Positions 19,497 through 29,366 are shown, numbered from the stretch's first letter. The stretch: DNA of 64,000 nucleotides from Phycisphaerae bacterium (GCA_963675745.2 CAXXWX010000003.1:64001-128000); one strand, 5' to 3'. Program-made: numbers and translations. The notes: a model not told the origin generated them from the letters alone.

Positions 19497-20729
19497 ATGA
19501 AGCAGAAAAGCCCGTATCACTGGGTGCTGAGTGTCTTGCGATACGGCCTGCTGGCCGCGGCGTTGGTGTACCTGTATTTCAACGTCGGCTGGCACGATTA
19601 TGCCAAGCTCAACGACAGCCTCGGCACGCGCGTGCGTGTAGTGGATGTGCGCTACGGGCCGGAGGATAACGGGGCGCGGGTAATCGGGATTGTCGCGTTG
19701 CGCGACGGCCAGAGCGTCGAGTACGGCATCGACCAGCTCGCGCTGATACCAGATACCACCGAGCCGGAAATCCAGCGCGGCATTGTGACCGTCGTACGAC
19801 AGATGCGGATCGGCTGGGCACTGCTGGCGCTGCTGATCTTCGGCCCGGTGCCACTCATGCAATCAATGCGGTTGGTGTGGATGCTGGCCATCCAGGAGGT
19901 GCGAATCTCCTATTGGACCGCCGTCAAGCTCAGCTACGCGGGCAATTTCTTCAACTTCGCCCTGCCCGGTACGACCGGCGGGGATGTGATCAAGGCGTAC
20001 TACCTGACGCAATACACACATCGAAAGACCGAGGTCGTCACCACGGTTTTCCTCGATCGGATCGTCGGCCTGATAGGCGTGGTGATCGTGGCCAGCGTGA
20101 TGATCATGATCAAGTGGAAGACCAGCAATTTCGGTAACTTCGGCCGCGCGCTGGCCATCGTGGCCACCGTGCTTGGCGTCGGCGCCCTGATAATATGCAG
20201 TTCGTGGCTGCGCCGGACGCTGCGCCTGCGCGAGCTGCTTGAGAAGCTGCCGGCCGGACACCATCTCATACGCGCCGGCCGCGCCGCCATCGCACTGGAT
20301 CGCCACCGCGGACTGTTCATCGGGTCGGTTCTGATCACGATCCTGCTCCAGTTCATCGCATATATCGCGATCTTCGCCATCTCGCGCGCGCTCGATATGG
20401 ACGGCGAATTCCTGCACTATCTGGTCTTCCTGCCGATCGGCTTCATGATCGCCGCCATCCCGATCTCGCCGCCGCAGGCTTTCGGCGTGCTGGAATGGGC
20501 CTATATCCAGTTCTTCACCGCGCCGGGGGGACTGGCGAACATGCCCTCACAGGCGGTGGCCCTGGCCCTGGGAGTCCGCCTCATGCAATTGACCTGGGCC
20601 CTGCCGGGTGTCCTGGTGCCGCTCCTGGGTGCGCACCTGCCGCGCGCCGACGAGCTGGCCGAGCTTGAAGATGTCGAAGTTGGTGCCGACGTGCCCGCCG
20701 AGCCGGCCGACAGCGGAACATCGCCGTGA
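19497..20729 (+). CDS. Lysylphosphatidylglycerol synthase TM / flippase-like (YbhN/AglD-type) membrane protein
   Basis: NFFNFALPGTTGGDVIKAYY, FLDRIVGL and IPISPPQAFGVLE motifs. Confidence 0.85.
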   Translation: MKQKSPYHWVLSVLRYGLLAAALVYLYFNVGWHDYAKLNDSLGTRVRVVDVRYGPEDNGARVIGIVALRDGQSVEYGIDQLALIPDTTEPEIQRGIVTVVRQMRIGWALLALLIFGPVPLMQSMRLVWMLAIQEVRISYWTAVKLSYAGNFFNFALPGTTGGDVIKAYYLTQYTHRKTEVVTTVFLDRIVGLIGVVIVASVMIMIKWKTSNFGNFGRALAIVATVLGVGALIICSSWLRRTLRLRELLEKLPAGHHLIRAGRAAIALDRHRGLFIGSVLITILLQFIAYIAIFAISRALDMDGEFLHYLVFLPIGFMIAAIPISPPQAFGVLEWAYIQFFTAPGGLANMPSQAVALALGVRLMQLTWALPGVLVPLLGAHLPRADELAELEDVEVGADVPAEPADSGTSP

Positions 20730-22492
20730 CAACAGACGCCGCCCCCAAGAGCCGTGGGACTTTCGGTTATTACGCGATCGCCGGCGGGCTCTTGGCAGTT
20801 GTGATCATGGCGATGCACGGGCGGTCGCTGAACTTCGGCTGGTTCATGGATGACTATGCCCATTTGCGGCAACTGCGCGAGTGCGGCTGGTCGCTCGGCT
20901 CACTGGTGGCGGCCTGCCGGCTGGAGCTCAACGGCGGCGTTGTCGACATGTGGTGGCTGCCCGAGGTGACGTTGCGGTTCTTTCGCCCGGTTGCCTTCGC
21001 ATTGATGAAACTGGCATATGTGCTCACCGGGTGGAACGCGACGGCCATGCACGCCTGCTCGCTGGGTTGGCATTGGATCGTCTGCTGCCTGCTGCTCGTG
21101 CTGTTGCGGCGACTGGATGAGCCGCCGATTCGGGCCTGGTGCCTGGCGGCGTTGTTTGCCCTGCACCCCGGCACCACCGCCTGCGTGCAATGGATCGCCT
21201 GCCAGAGCGAGCTGATGGTGACGGCGTTTCTGTTGGGCGGGACACTGTGCTTTGCCAACTACCGCGGGTGGGGTCGGCCGCGAGACTATGCCGGCCGGCC
21301 CGGACACGCGGCCTGGGCGGTCGCGACGGTCGTCCTGTTTATCGCCGCCCTGGGTTGCCGCGAAAACGCGATCATGTTTCCGCTGGTGCTCGTGGTTGGC
21401 GAGGCTTTTGCCCCGCGTGGCGGCCGGCGCCGGGGCCGGCTGCTGCTTGCCGCCCTGGGGCTGACGGCGGCAGTCTACCTGCTGGTTCGCGGGTACTATC
21501 TCCAGGGGATAGCGCTCCCGCCGCGGCCGTACATTGTGCCGCCCAGCGACCCGGATTTCTCACGGTTCGTCTTCGACAAGTTCCTTTACTACCAGCTTGG
21601 CGAATTCCTCTTCGTGCCCATCGTTCCGATCACCGGCCTGCCATACCTGCGCGCACACCCGCTGCTGTTTTACGCGGCGGGGGGCGCTGTGCTGGCCATA
21701 AGCGCATTGCTCACGTGGCGTAACCGCTGCAGGCTTTCCGGCTGGGTCGGGATCGTCTGGCTCGCGGCCTACATGCTCCCGGTGCTGCCGGCGTTCGAGT
21801 CTCCGCATCACTTGTACTTGCCGGGGATCGGCTGGACGTTGGTGATGGCCGTCGCGGCGCGGACGCTCGGCGCTCTCAAGTGGCGTGGCCAAGCGCGACC
21901 CGCTTTCGCCGGCGTATTGGGCCTGTTGTGCGCCACGCTGTTCGTATTCATGAACTACGCTTATTCGTTTCACGCGATGAAGACGGCGCAGCAGGTCGAA
22001 GATCGCGTCGTTGACGAAATCGTCACGGCACCGCACGCCGTCCAGGACGGCGACACGCTCTACGTGGCCAACCTGCCGATGATCGCGCATTACACCCAGC
22101 TCGCCGTCGAGGAACGAACCGGTTTGAAGAATCTGAGAGTTGTGCCGCTCACCTGGGCACCGCAGCTTCTCGGCGTGGGGACTTCCGCGGAACTGCGTCT
22201 GGTTGATGAACATACGATTGAGATGCGCGTTGCGCAGGATCGTTATTTCGCCGGGCCGATGAAGCTGCTGATCCGCGAGGTCACGGGACGTGATCCCGTC
22301 GAACTGCTCGCCGAACCGCTACGCCACGGGGGTTTCACCGTCGAGCTGCTTGACGCTGACGACTCGGGGATAAGCGCGCTGCGATTCACTTTTGACGACG
22401 CCCTGACGAATCGTGGCCTACACTTGTTCTGGGGCTCGCGCCAGCGCTGGGCCTACCAGGTTTTGCCCGAAAGGCAAGGTGATGAGAACTGA
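20726..22492 (+). CDS. GT-C fold membrane protein (TMTC/O-mannosyltransferase-like N-terminal region, no TPRs)
   Basis: WFMDDY, FFRPV, LFALHP, VQWIACQSELM, ALGCRENAIMFP, HLYLP; GTGA overlap with the upstream gene. Confidence 0.7.
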   Translation: MTTDAAPKSRGTFGYYAIAGGLLAVVIMAMHGRSLNFGWFMDDYAHLRQLRECGWSLGSLVAACRLELNGGVVDMWWLPEVTLRFFRPVAFALMKLAYVLTGWNATAMHACSLGWHWIVCCLLLVLLRRLDEPPIRAWCLAALFALHPGTTACVQWIACQSELMVTAFLLGGTLCFANYRGWGRPRDYAGRPGHAAWAVATVVLFIAALGCRENAIMFPLVLVVGEAFAPRGGRRRGRLLLAALGLTAAVYLLVRGYYLQGIALPPRPYIVPPSDPDFSRFVFDKFLYYQLGEFLFVPIVPITGLPYLRAHPLLFYAAGGAVLAISALLTWRNRCRLSGWVGIVWLAAYMLPVLPAFESPHHLYLPGIGWTLVMAVAARTLGALKWRGQARPAFAGVLGLLCATLFVFMNYAYSFHAMKTAQQVEDRVVDEIVTAPHAVQDGDTLYVANLPMIAHYTQLAVEERTGLKNLRVVPLTWAPQLLGVGTSAELRLVDEHTIEMRVAQDRYFAGPMKLLIREVTGRDPVELLAEPLRHGGFTVELLDADDSGISALRFTFDDALTNRGLHLFWGSRQRWAYQVLPERQGDEN

Positions 22493-23687
22493 CGAGAAGC
22501 TGCCCGCGCTGCGGCACATCGATCTGATGCCGTTTCGCGACGGCGAGGGCGAGGTGCGCTTTCTGCTCCAGGACAACAGCGGCGTCTCGTCTCAACCGAT
22601 CGCCGTTTCACCGGCCGGGTATGCGGTTATCGCGCATCTCGACGGTGGGCATTCGGTCGAGGACATTCAGGCGGTCTTCAAGGCACGATTTCAGCAGGAC
22701 ATACCCGCCGACCAGATCATAGGGCTCGTCGCGGCCCTCGACGAAGCTCTGATGCTCAATACCGCGCGCTACGCCGCCGCCTATGACGAGCATGTCGCGG
22801 CGTATGCGGCCGCGGCGGCGCGTGACAACGCCGCCAACTGGGGTAGCGGGGCGGAAGTGCGTGCCGAGATCGAGACCGTGCTGGCCGACGGCGCGCCGCC
22901 CCCGACGGAGGATGTGGCGGGGTTGATTGTTCCGCATCTGGACTATCGACGCGGCGCGCCGTGCTATGCGGATGGCTATGCGGTGCTGGACGAGGTCAGG
23001 CCGGCCGAGCGCTATGTACTGCTGGGCACCAATCACGCGGGCCGCTCGTTGTCAGTTGTCGCCACCGGTAAGGATTTCGCGACGCCGTTGGGGCTGGTGA
23101 AAACTGACGTTGCCTTCATCGAGGAGCTGGAACGCAGGCTGGGGGCCTCAATCCGTACACACGAGCTCGATCATCTGCGCGAACACTCGATCGAACTTCA
23201 GGTACACATCCTGCAGGTGATCCAGAAGGACACGCCCTTCGAGATTGTGCCGATTCTGTGTCCTGATCCGTGCGGGCCGACGGGCACGCGCCCGGCTGAC
23301 GGCCAGGGCCCCGACCTGGGCGAGTTCGCCGATGCGCTCGGCGCGATGGTGCGGGAGACGGACCGGCGCACGATCATTATCGCCGGTGCCGACCTGAGTC
23401 ACGTCGGGCAGCGTTTTGGAGATCAAGAGCCGAGCACGCCCGAGTTTCTGGAGGGTGTCGGCCAACGTGACCGCCAATTGCTGCAACTGCTCGAGCAGCG
23501 GCGCGAAGACGAGTTTATCGACGCCCTGCGCGCGGCGTCGAACAACACGCGCGTGTGCAGCGCCGGGAGCATCTACACACTGTTGCGGGCACTCCCCGAT
23601 CATCAATGCCGCGTTCTGAGCTATCACCAGGCGGTGGACTACGAGCAGGAGACCCACGTGACCTGCGCCGCGGCTGTCGTCATGTGA
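22482..23687 (+). CDS. amrB: AmmeMemoRadiSam system protein B (MEMO1 family), long form with N-terminal wHTH extension
   Basis: VPHLDY, LGTNH, FATPLG, HLREHSIELQ, GADLSHVG motifs; start MRTDEK overlaps the upstream stop. Confidence 0.9.
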   Translation: MRTDEKLPALRHIDLMPFRDGEGEVRFLLQDNSGVSSQPIAVSPAGYAVIAHLDGGHSVEDIQAVFKARFQQDIPADQIIGLVAALDEALMLNTARYAAAYDEHVAAYAAAAARDNAANWGSGAEVRAEIETVLADGAPPPTEDVAGLIVPHLDYRRGAPCYADGYAVLDEVRPAERYVLLGTNHAGRSLSVVATGKDFATPLGLVKTDVAFIEELERRLGASIRTHELDHLREHSIELQVHILQVIQKDTPFEIVPILCPDPCGPTGTRPADGQGPDLGEFADALGAMVRETDRRTIIIAGADLSHVGQRFGDQEPSTPEFLEGVGQRDRQLLQLLEQRREDEFIDALRAASNNTRVCSAGSIYTLLRALPDHQCRVLSYHQAVDYEQETHVTCAAAVVM

Positions 23688-23735
23688 GCAGGGCAGGTGC
23701 GCGCGTTTCCAACAGTTCCAGAGCCCGACGCCCGT

Positions 23736-23824
23736 GAATGCAGAATGAAGAATGCAGAATGCAGAAACAGCGGACGTGGCGCGGAGTTTCCTTTTCTGCA
23801 TTCTTCATTCTTCATTCTGCATTC
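23736..23824. repeat. Inverted pair of heptamer arrays (GAATGCA/GAATGAA)n
   Basis: 23736-23766 and 23794-23824 are reverse complements with one mismatch (31-bp stem, 27-nt loop). Confidence 0.9.
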
Positions 23825-23868
23825 GTCGTCGCTTGCCATCCGCCGTACCGCCGCACACACTTTCGGTG

Positions 23869-25242
23869 ATGAATGCCGCCAATACCAAGTTCACGCCGGC
23901 GGGCGACGCGGCGCGGGACGTCCGCCCCATCCCGCCGCGTTTCTGGTGGACAAAGCGGATCGCGCTCGCCGCGCTGATCTACCTGGTCGCCTTGCTGGGC
24001 GTGCGGTGGATCTGGGGAATCTACGCCGAGAATAAGCTGGCAGCCCGGCTCGCCGAGTGCCGCGCCGCGGGTGAACCGATGGACGGGTCGGCGTTCGCCG
24101 GACCGGATATACCGGATGAGGAGAACGCCGCCGTTTTTATTCGAGCCGCGGCCGCGGCATTTGTTGAGTCCGAGCTCACGGGGCGCGATGCCTGGGAGTT
24201 GCTTGACGCGACCGACCTGCCGCGCGAGCAATTTGACGCGGTGGCGGCCCACCTCCGAGCCAACGCGGAAACGCTGAGCCTCCTCGCCTCGGCGGCCGAG
24301 TTGCCCGGCGTAAGTTGGCACTTTGATCCGTTGGCGGACGCCGACGAGGATCTTCCGGACGGGCTCGCAATGGACAGCCTCGGTGGCCTGGTTTGCCTGG
24401 CTGCCATGTACGAACACCAGCGCGGCAACGACTCACAGTCTATCCGATACGCATTGACCGCACTCCAGGTCGGGGATCATTGCGCGCAGGCGCACGGATT
24501 TCTCTTGACGCTGCTCATACGGGACATGATCGCGCGTCGGGTCGTCGATTGGTTTGAAGATCACTCAGGCACGCTGGACTGGGTCGCGGATGCGCGGTTG
24601 ACGCGCGAGTTGATCGCGACACTCCTTGCGGATGACGCCAACGGCGCGTTGTGGGCGGACGCGATGTATGCCTACCGCCTACTTACACTCGAGCGTCTCG
24701 ATGAACACCTGCGTGGTAGTCCTATCGCTTGGTGCCGGTCCGGCCATCGTTGGCCCTGGATCGGACGCCTGGTCAAACCTGCTTGGCAACTCGACACGGT
24801 CACTATCGTGGACTCCTTCGCTGCAATTGCCCGAGTGTGCACACCCACAGATTATCAGACAGCGCATGATCTAGAGAAAGGCGTCTGGTCGGCACTGGTG
24901 GACAGGCCTACAGACGCGTACCTCCTGGCGCACTCACCAAACTACTACGGGCCGCCCGTGCTCGCGGGCGTGCCGAAGGGAGCATACGAGACATCAGCGC
25001 AACGACGTCTCGCCGGCGTCGCGATTGCCCTCCGTTTGTTCGAGGCCGAACATGGCGAGCTTCCCGGCAGGTTGGCCGAACTTGTGCCGACATATCTCCC
25101 GGCGCTGCCGGCTGATCCGTTCAGTGCGAGCCATGACCCCATCAGATTCGCCCGTGACGGCGCGGAGCCACGCGTCTACAGCATCGGCGTGGCCCCGGAC
25201 GACCCCAACGACGACATCACGTTCGTCCTCAGGCCCAGGTGA
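23869..25242 (+). CDS. Membrane-anchored helical hypothetical protein with GspG-like C-terminal motif
   Basis: N-terminal TM; C-terminal AIALRLFEAEHGELPGRLAELVPTYLPALPADPFS...VYSIG. Start moved to ATG 23869 because the upstream part of the ORF is repeat DNA. Confidence 0.75.
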   Translation: MNAANTKFTPAGDAARDVRPIPPRFWWTKRIALAALIYLVALLGVRWIWGIYAENKLAARLAECRAAGEPMDGSAFAGPDIPDEENAAVFIRAAAAAFVESELTGRDAWELLDATDLPREQFDAVAAHLRANAETLSLLASAAELPGVSWHFDPLADADEDLPDGLAMDSLGGLVCLAAMYEHQRGNDSQSIRYALTALQVGDHCAQAHGFLLTLLIRDMIARRVVDWFEDHSGTLDWVADARLTRELIATLLADDANGALWADAMYAYRLLTLERLDEHLRGSPIAWCRSGHRWPWIGRLVKPAWQLDTVTIVDSFAAIARVCTPTDYQTAHDLEKGVWSALVDRPTDAYLLAHSPNYYGPPVLAGVPKGAYETSAQRRLAGVAIALRLFEAEHGELPGRLAELVPTYLPALPADPFSASHDPIRFARDGAEPRVYSIGVAPDDPNDDITFVLRPR

Positions 25243-25253
25243 ACGTGGGGCGC

Positions 25254-26138
25254 TCAAAACAGGCTGTGATACACGACAAGCAGGAAGTACGTGCCCGGCG
25301 GAATCAGCAGCAGAATCAGCGCGTACGCGATGTGCAGTCCGACCACACCCGCCAATCGCAGCACGCGGCCGACGAAGCGATACGGCAGCAAGCGTGCCAT
25401 GAATACCGATGTCTTCCACAGGCACAACGAGTAGACCAGCACGGCAACCGCCGCGACCAGGCCGCGCAGTATGATCCAGCGGTCGCCGCTGGGGAGTATG
25501 AACGCGAGCAGCGCCAATACGGGCGCGGCTATCGCGAGCAACGCCAGCGGTGCCCAGGCGTAGAGGCTCAGCGCCACCAGGCGGTTCTGCCGCTCCACGT
25601 TGTGGCGGCGTGTGACAAATGCCCAACTCGACGCACCTGGCATCCCCGCCATGAGTAATATCCAGATGACCAGGATGTTGGTCATACGCCATACGCCGGT
25701 CTCGGGGTCAGGGCCACGTGACGAACCGCCGCTGGCGAACAGCAATATCGCATCCACGGCTATCAGCAGCAGGGCGGGAAGCGTGGCGAACGCGGCGGTT
25801 ACCCATCGAAATCGGGTTGCATCCGCATAGAGCACTTTCCGTTCGGCCTCGCAATCAACGTGGCGTGGCCGCCGCACCACCAGCCACACCGTCTTCCAGT
25901 ATGCACGCCATAAGCCAAGGTGCTTGCGGTGTACCCAGGGAATCAGCGACTGGCCGCTGTGCAGCCCGACAATCGACACGCCACACTCCGGACAGCGCTC
26001 ACTGGTCAGCCCGCGCAGGTCATAGCCGCAACTAACGCAGGCTATACCAGGCCGTAAAGCCTCGCGTGCGAGCATGGCCTCAGGCGCGGGCGCCTCTGCG
26101 GGTTTGACATCGGCTGGATTGGGTGTACTCCCCGTCAT
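25254..26138 (-). CDS. Zinc-ribbon membrane protein
   Basis: CVSCGYDLRGL..RCPECG followed by about 5 TM helices; upstream TTGGCT-N17-TAAGCT promoter-like motif at 26185-26213. Confidence 0.8.
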   Translation of the reverse strand: MTGSTPNPADVKPAEAPAPEAMLAREALRPGIACVSCGYDLRGLTSERCPECGVSIVGLHSGQSLIPWVHRKHLGLWRAYWKTVWLVVRRPRHVDCEAERKVLYADATRFRWVTAAFATLPALLLIAVDAILLFASGGSSRGPDPETGVWRMTNILVIWILLMAGMPGASSWAFVTRRHNVERQNRLVALSLYAWAPLALLAIAAPVLALLAFILPSGDRWIILRGLVAAVAVLVYSLCLWKTSVFMARLLPYRFVGRVLRLAGVVGLHIAYALILLLIPPGTYFLLVVYHSLF

Positions 26139-26343
26139 ACGCTGGCAACTCGCGGCGGCAGGTGACCTGGTTCAACCTGCGCGGAGCTTAGCGTATCAAT
26201 TGGAGTAAGCCAAAGGGGGCGGAGAGCTGCGGTGAAGCACGCATCACGACGGCAGCCGGTCAAGCCGCAGCACCGATCCCCCGATCCCCGTGCCACTGGC
26301 CCTCAACCGGCGTTGCGCAACGGCACAGGGCCCGGCCCCTTAA

Positions 26344-26400
26344 CCTGAACCCTGAACCCTAACCCCTGACCTGAACACTGAACACTGAAAACTGAAAACT
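26344..26400 (+). repeat. Short tandem heptamer repeats (CCTGAAC / ACTGAAC / ACTGAAA)
   Basis: cctgaaccctgaaccctaacccctgacctgaacactgaacactgaaaactgaaaact. Confidence 0.85.
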
Positions 26401-26406
26401 CCGCCC

Positions 26407-27204
26407 CTACAACCCCCATCCCTTCTGCTGTTGCCTGGCGTCAGCCGATGCCGCGAGTCGGTGGAATTTCTGGATGTTGGTCGCCAGACGTTGCAGGATG
26501 ACGCGCCCGTCTACCGACATCTCCAGCCCCACGAACTGGACGGCGACACTGCTATTGCCACTATTCTCGCGCCGCCCGCCGCGGTAGTTCGCGTTCACGA
26601 TGATGGGCGGGCGCCCGTCGGGCAGGGCCAACTCAACCCCGAGCGTCGCATTGGTGGGCCAGTTCGGCAGGTCGGGAGTGTTCACGCTCACCAAACAGCC
26701 GCCGCACGACATGTCGACAAGTTGTCCGGTAGTGATCTGGAGCGTCTTCTGCTGGGCCGTGGCCCAGGCACTGGCGCCGCCCGCCCAGATATTCGCCACC
26801 ACCGGCGTGCCGGACGGAACCCGCGTGCGATAGTACGCACGGCGTTGAAGCTCGGTCATCGTCTGGGGCCAGCGGTAGCGGATCGCCGACACCGCCGTCT
26901 TGTCGTCCAGGACGTAGCGTCCCTTGGCCTCGACCACGGTCGAGAACATGATCTTGCGGCTCTTATGCCGAAAGCTGATACCGGTGTACTGCCCGGCGGC
27001 GAGGGTCGGCAGCGGGGTCTGGTCGTTGGCCTGATAGTCCAGCACGAAAAAGCGGTGGCTGGGATCGCGTTCGAGGAATCGACTTTTGAATGTGAGCCAA
27101 TCGTCGCCTTCCTGCAAGCTGATGACGACCAGTGCATGCTCGCGCACCGCCTGGTCAAAGATGGCCTGCGCCTCATCAGGCGCCACAACTCGTCGCGGTC
27201 TCAT
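26407..27204 (-). CDS. PilZ-domain c-di-GMP receptor (YcgR flagellar-brake-like)
   Basis: QRRAYYR (RxxxR) and DMSCGG (DxSxxG); N-terminal YcgR-like domain; AVQF. Confidence 0.88.
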   Translation of the reverse strand: MRPRRVVAPDEAQAIFDQAVREHALVVISLQEGDDWLTFKSRFLERDPSHRFFVLDYQANDQTPLPTLAAGQYTGISFRHKSRKIMFSTVVEAKGRYVLDDKTAVSAIRYRWPQTMTELQRRAYYRTRVPSGTPVVANIWAGGASAWATAQQKTLQITTGQLVDMSCGGCLVSVNTPDLPNWPTNATLGVELALPDGRPPIIVNANYRGGRRENSGNSSVAVQFVGLEMSVDGRVILQRLATNIQKFHRLAASADARQQQKGWGL

Positions 27205-27932
27205 GATTCACCATCCATTCCGGAGAGATTCGTCGTCATCTCGCACAGGATTCCCCAGAGGCGTTCAATAGCGGCGGTGGCCGCCGGTTCCGTGGCGGGC
27301 CCCCTCTGGTACTCCAGGCCGACGATCAATTGCAGTTCGTCGTGGCTCGTTGACTTGTTGCAGACAACAGCGGGCAGGTCGAATGACTCGCCGAAGCTGG
27401 GCAGATCGAAGCACACGCGCACGCCGTCCCCCACGAGCAGCAGCTCATCCAGCTCGCCGCGCACCATGCGGCAGGCCAACCCGTCGCCGCTAATGTTGCA
27501 GAGTTCGCCGATGTAGGGTGTTTTTGATTCACTCGGCCAGAGGCGCACCTGCGAAAACTCCTTGAGCGTTCGCCGTTCAAAACGCCGTCGGTTGGCCACG
27601 TGAATCGTCTCCGGCATGGCCAGCAGCAGTCGCTGCGGTGTGTTGTGCTCGAAGGCGTCAATAACGCATGTGGAGAACAGGTAGAGCTGGCCGGAGAGGA
27701 CCGTGCGAATGTCGCAGCACGCGCCCAGCAGCGCGTGCAGCGGGAGGGGCTGAGTGCTGGGGTCCAGGTCGACCCGCAACAGCTCGTCCTCACGTCCGAC
27801 CAGTACGCCGCGCATTGCGCCGTCGCGTGGTAATGTGCGTGCCTCGATCTCCAGGGCCGCGCGCGATCGCACGGCCTGCTCCACAACTCTACTGGCCTGT
27901 CGAGGGTTGAGGTCGATCACTGCTTGCACCAC
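27201..27932 (-). CDS. PilZ-domain c-di-GMP receptor (YcgR-like)
   Basis: NRRRFER and NISGDG; VGLEY; GAGGAG RBS; stop overlaps the next ATG. Confidence 0.88.
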   Translation of the reverse strand: MVQAVIDLNPRQASRVVEQAVRSRAALEIEARTLPRDGAMRGVLVGREDELLRVDLDPSTQPLPLHALLGACCDIRTVLSGQLYLFSTCVIDAFEHNTPQRLLLAMPETIHVANRRRFERRTLKEFSQVRLWPSESKTPYIGELCNISGDGLACRMVRGELDELLLVGDGVRVCFDLPSFGESFDLPAVVCNKSTSHDELQLIVGLEYQRGPATEPAATAAIERLWGILCEMTTNLSGMDGES

Positions 27933-27962
27933 TCCTCCTCTGCGCCGTGTTCCCGGCGCACG

Positions 27963-28688
27963 TCACCTGGCCGCCTGCCGGCGCTGTTGCACGATGTCGC
28001 GCAGACGGTTGATATTTGCGCGATGGTCATCCTGATCGTCTCCGGGGCAGAACTCCCACCCCGTGACCGTCATCTGCCCCGACTCGGCCGGGCGCTTGTG
28101 TATCAGGCGCACGACAAAGTCGAACGTGCATGGGTCGTTGTTGGGATTGAATTCGGCCCAGTACAGCGCGTTATCGTCGATCCGCTGGGCCGCCTGCCAG
28201 TGCATTGTCCCGCCTATGCCGCCTGTCGAGATGTTCGTGAGACGCAACGTCTCGCGGACGCGCTCGTCCTGAACCTGGATCAACTGTGCCTCGATCGCAT
28301 CCGTCTCATCCAGGTCGAGACGCCCGTCCTGTCGTTGCTCACACCGCTCAATGCGTACCGGCATCTGGACGCACAGCGCGGCGACCGGACCGAACACGCC
28401 AAACGAGCGTTCAAAGCGGCCCTTCGTTTCGGCACTGAACGTGTACGTCTGGCCGTTCAGCTCAAAACGCACATCCACGATCACGCCGAACTGCTCGGGC
28501 TCGGACAACGCACTGATCGGCCAACGCATCCAGAGGCAGTCTCTATCGAGTACCAGCAGATGTGTGTTTTCGGACGGACCGTCGGGGTCCTGTCCGCGGC
28601 GCGTGACATAGCCGCCGACGCCGCGTGTACACGCATCCGCCAGGATCAGCATCTGGGTCTTGCGATTGGTCAGTGTTTGCCTCTGCAT
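27963..28688 (-). CDS. PilZ-domain protein
   Basis: EQRQDGR and NISTGG; TGWEF; AAGGAG RBS. Confidence 0.82.
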   Translation of the reverse strand: MQRQTLTNRKTQMLILADACTRGVGGYVTRRGQDPDGPSENTHLLVLDRDCLWMRWPISALSEPEQFGVIVDVRFELNGQTYTFSAETKGRFERSFGVFGPVAALCVQMPVRIERCEQRQDGRLDLDETDAIEAQLIQVQDERVRETLRLTNISTGGIGGTMHWQAAQRIDDNALYWAEFNPNNDPCTFDFVVRLIHKRPAESGQMTVTGWEFCPGDDQDDHRANINRLRDIVQQRRQAAR

Positions 28689-29105
28689 CGACGGACTCCT
28701 TGTCGGCCGGCTGCCACCTGCTGGGAATCGACCAACAGGTTGCGGGACTTCATTGCGGTTCTTCCTGTGCCGGGGTGACCGCGCGGGTCACTCGCCGGCA
28801 TGCCTGAGCGCGGCGTCCACGTCCTGACACGTGCGTCGCGGCACGCCGACAACTGCGTCCCGGAACATCTCGCGTGCATCCCTGCCACCAACGTGCGTGC
28901 GCCACTATCGGCCGCACGCGAACATGCCGGCGGCGGGCGCGGCTTACGAATCCGGTGCGGCGCGCCACGTTTCGCGCGTGTGGCGGCTACGGAAGTGTTC
29001 AAATCAAATCCACTTGGGCGCGCGAGAATCCACGCCTTCTACGTCCGCGTGGAATCGGGCAGGCCCGATATGAGTGGTGGGGGGCCGGCGCTCGGAACGA
29101 TCCCT

Positions 29106-29331
29106 GTGCCACCGGCTGCTGACCGGCGGGTCCCACGGGTTATAAACCCGTGCCACAGTCGATCAGGTATAGAGACCCGTGCCACAGTTCATCGGGCATG
29201 AACTTGCATAGAGATCTGACGGCTAGAGCGGTTTCAGCAAAGACGCGGTGGCTTACACTGTCGGGGTGGGTCGGGCGTCTTGCCCGACTTCGACGAATGC
29301 AGTACATAGGCGGGCGGGACGCCCGCCCCAC
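29106..29331. repeat. Cluster of GTGG/GTGC-type REP-like palindromes, including an inverted doublet
   Basis: Minus GTGG-CACGGGTT-tat-AACCCGTG (29134-29156) with a partial second copy of acccgtgccacagt; plus GTGG-GTCGGGC-gtctt-GCCCGAC (29266-29288); minus GTGG-GGCGGGCG-tcc-CGCCCGCC (29309-29331). Confidence 0.7.
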
Positions 29332-29366
29332 CCGCGTATGGGCAGCGGATTGTTGTTGAAACCGCT

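Noticed and set aside
23697..23868. N-terminal extensions rich in ECRMKN / FCILHSSF
   Set aside because: Translations of the heptamer repeats, not protein.
28690..29100. c-di-GMP-I riboswitch before the PilZ genes
   Set aside because: Only a GGGACGCA fragment is present; the GNRA-capped P1 and the P2 consensus are absent.
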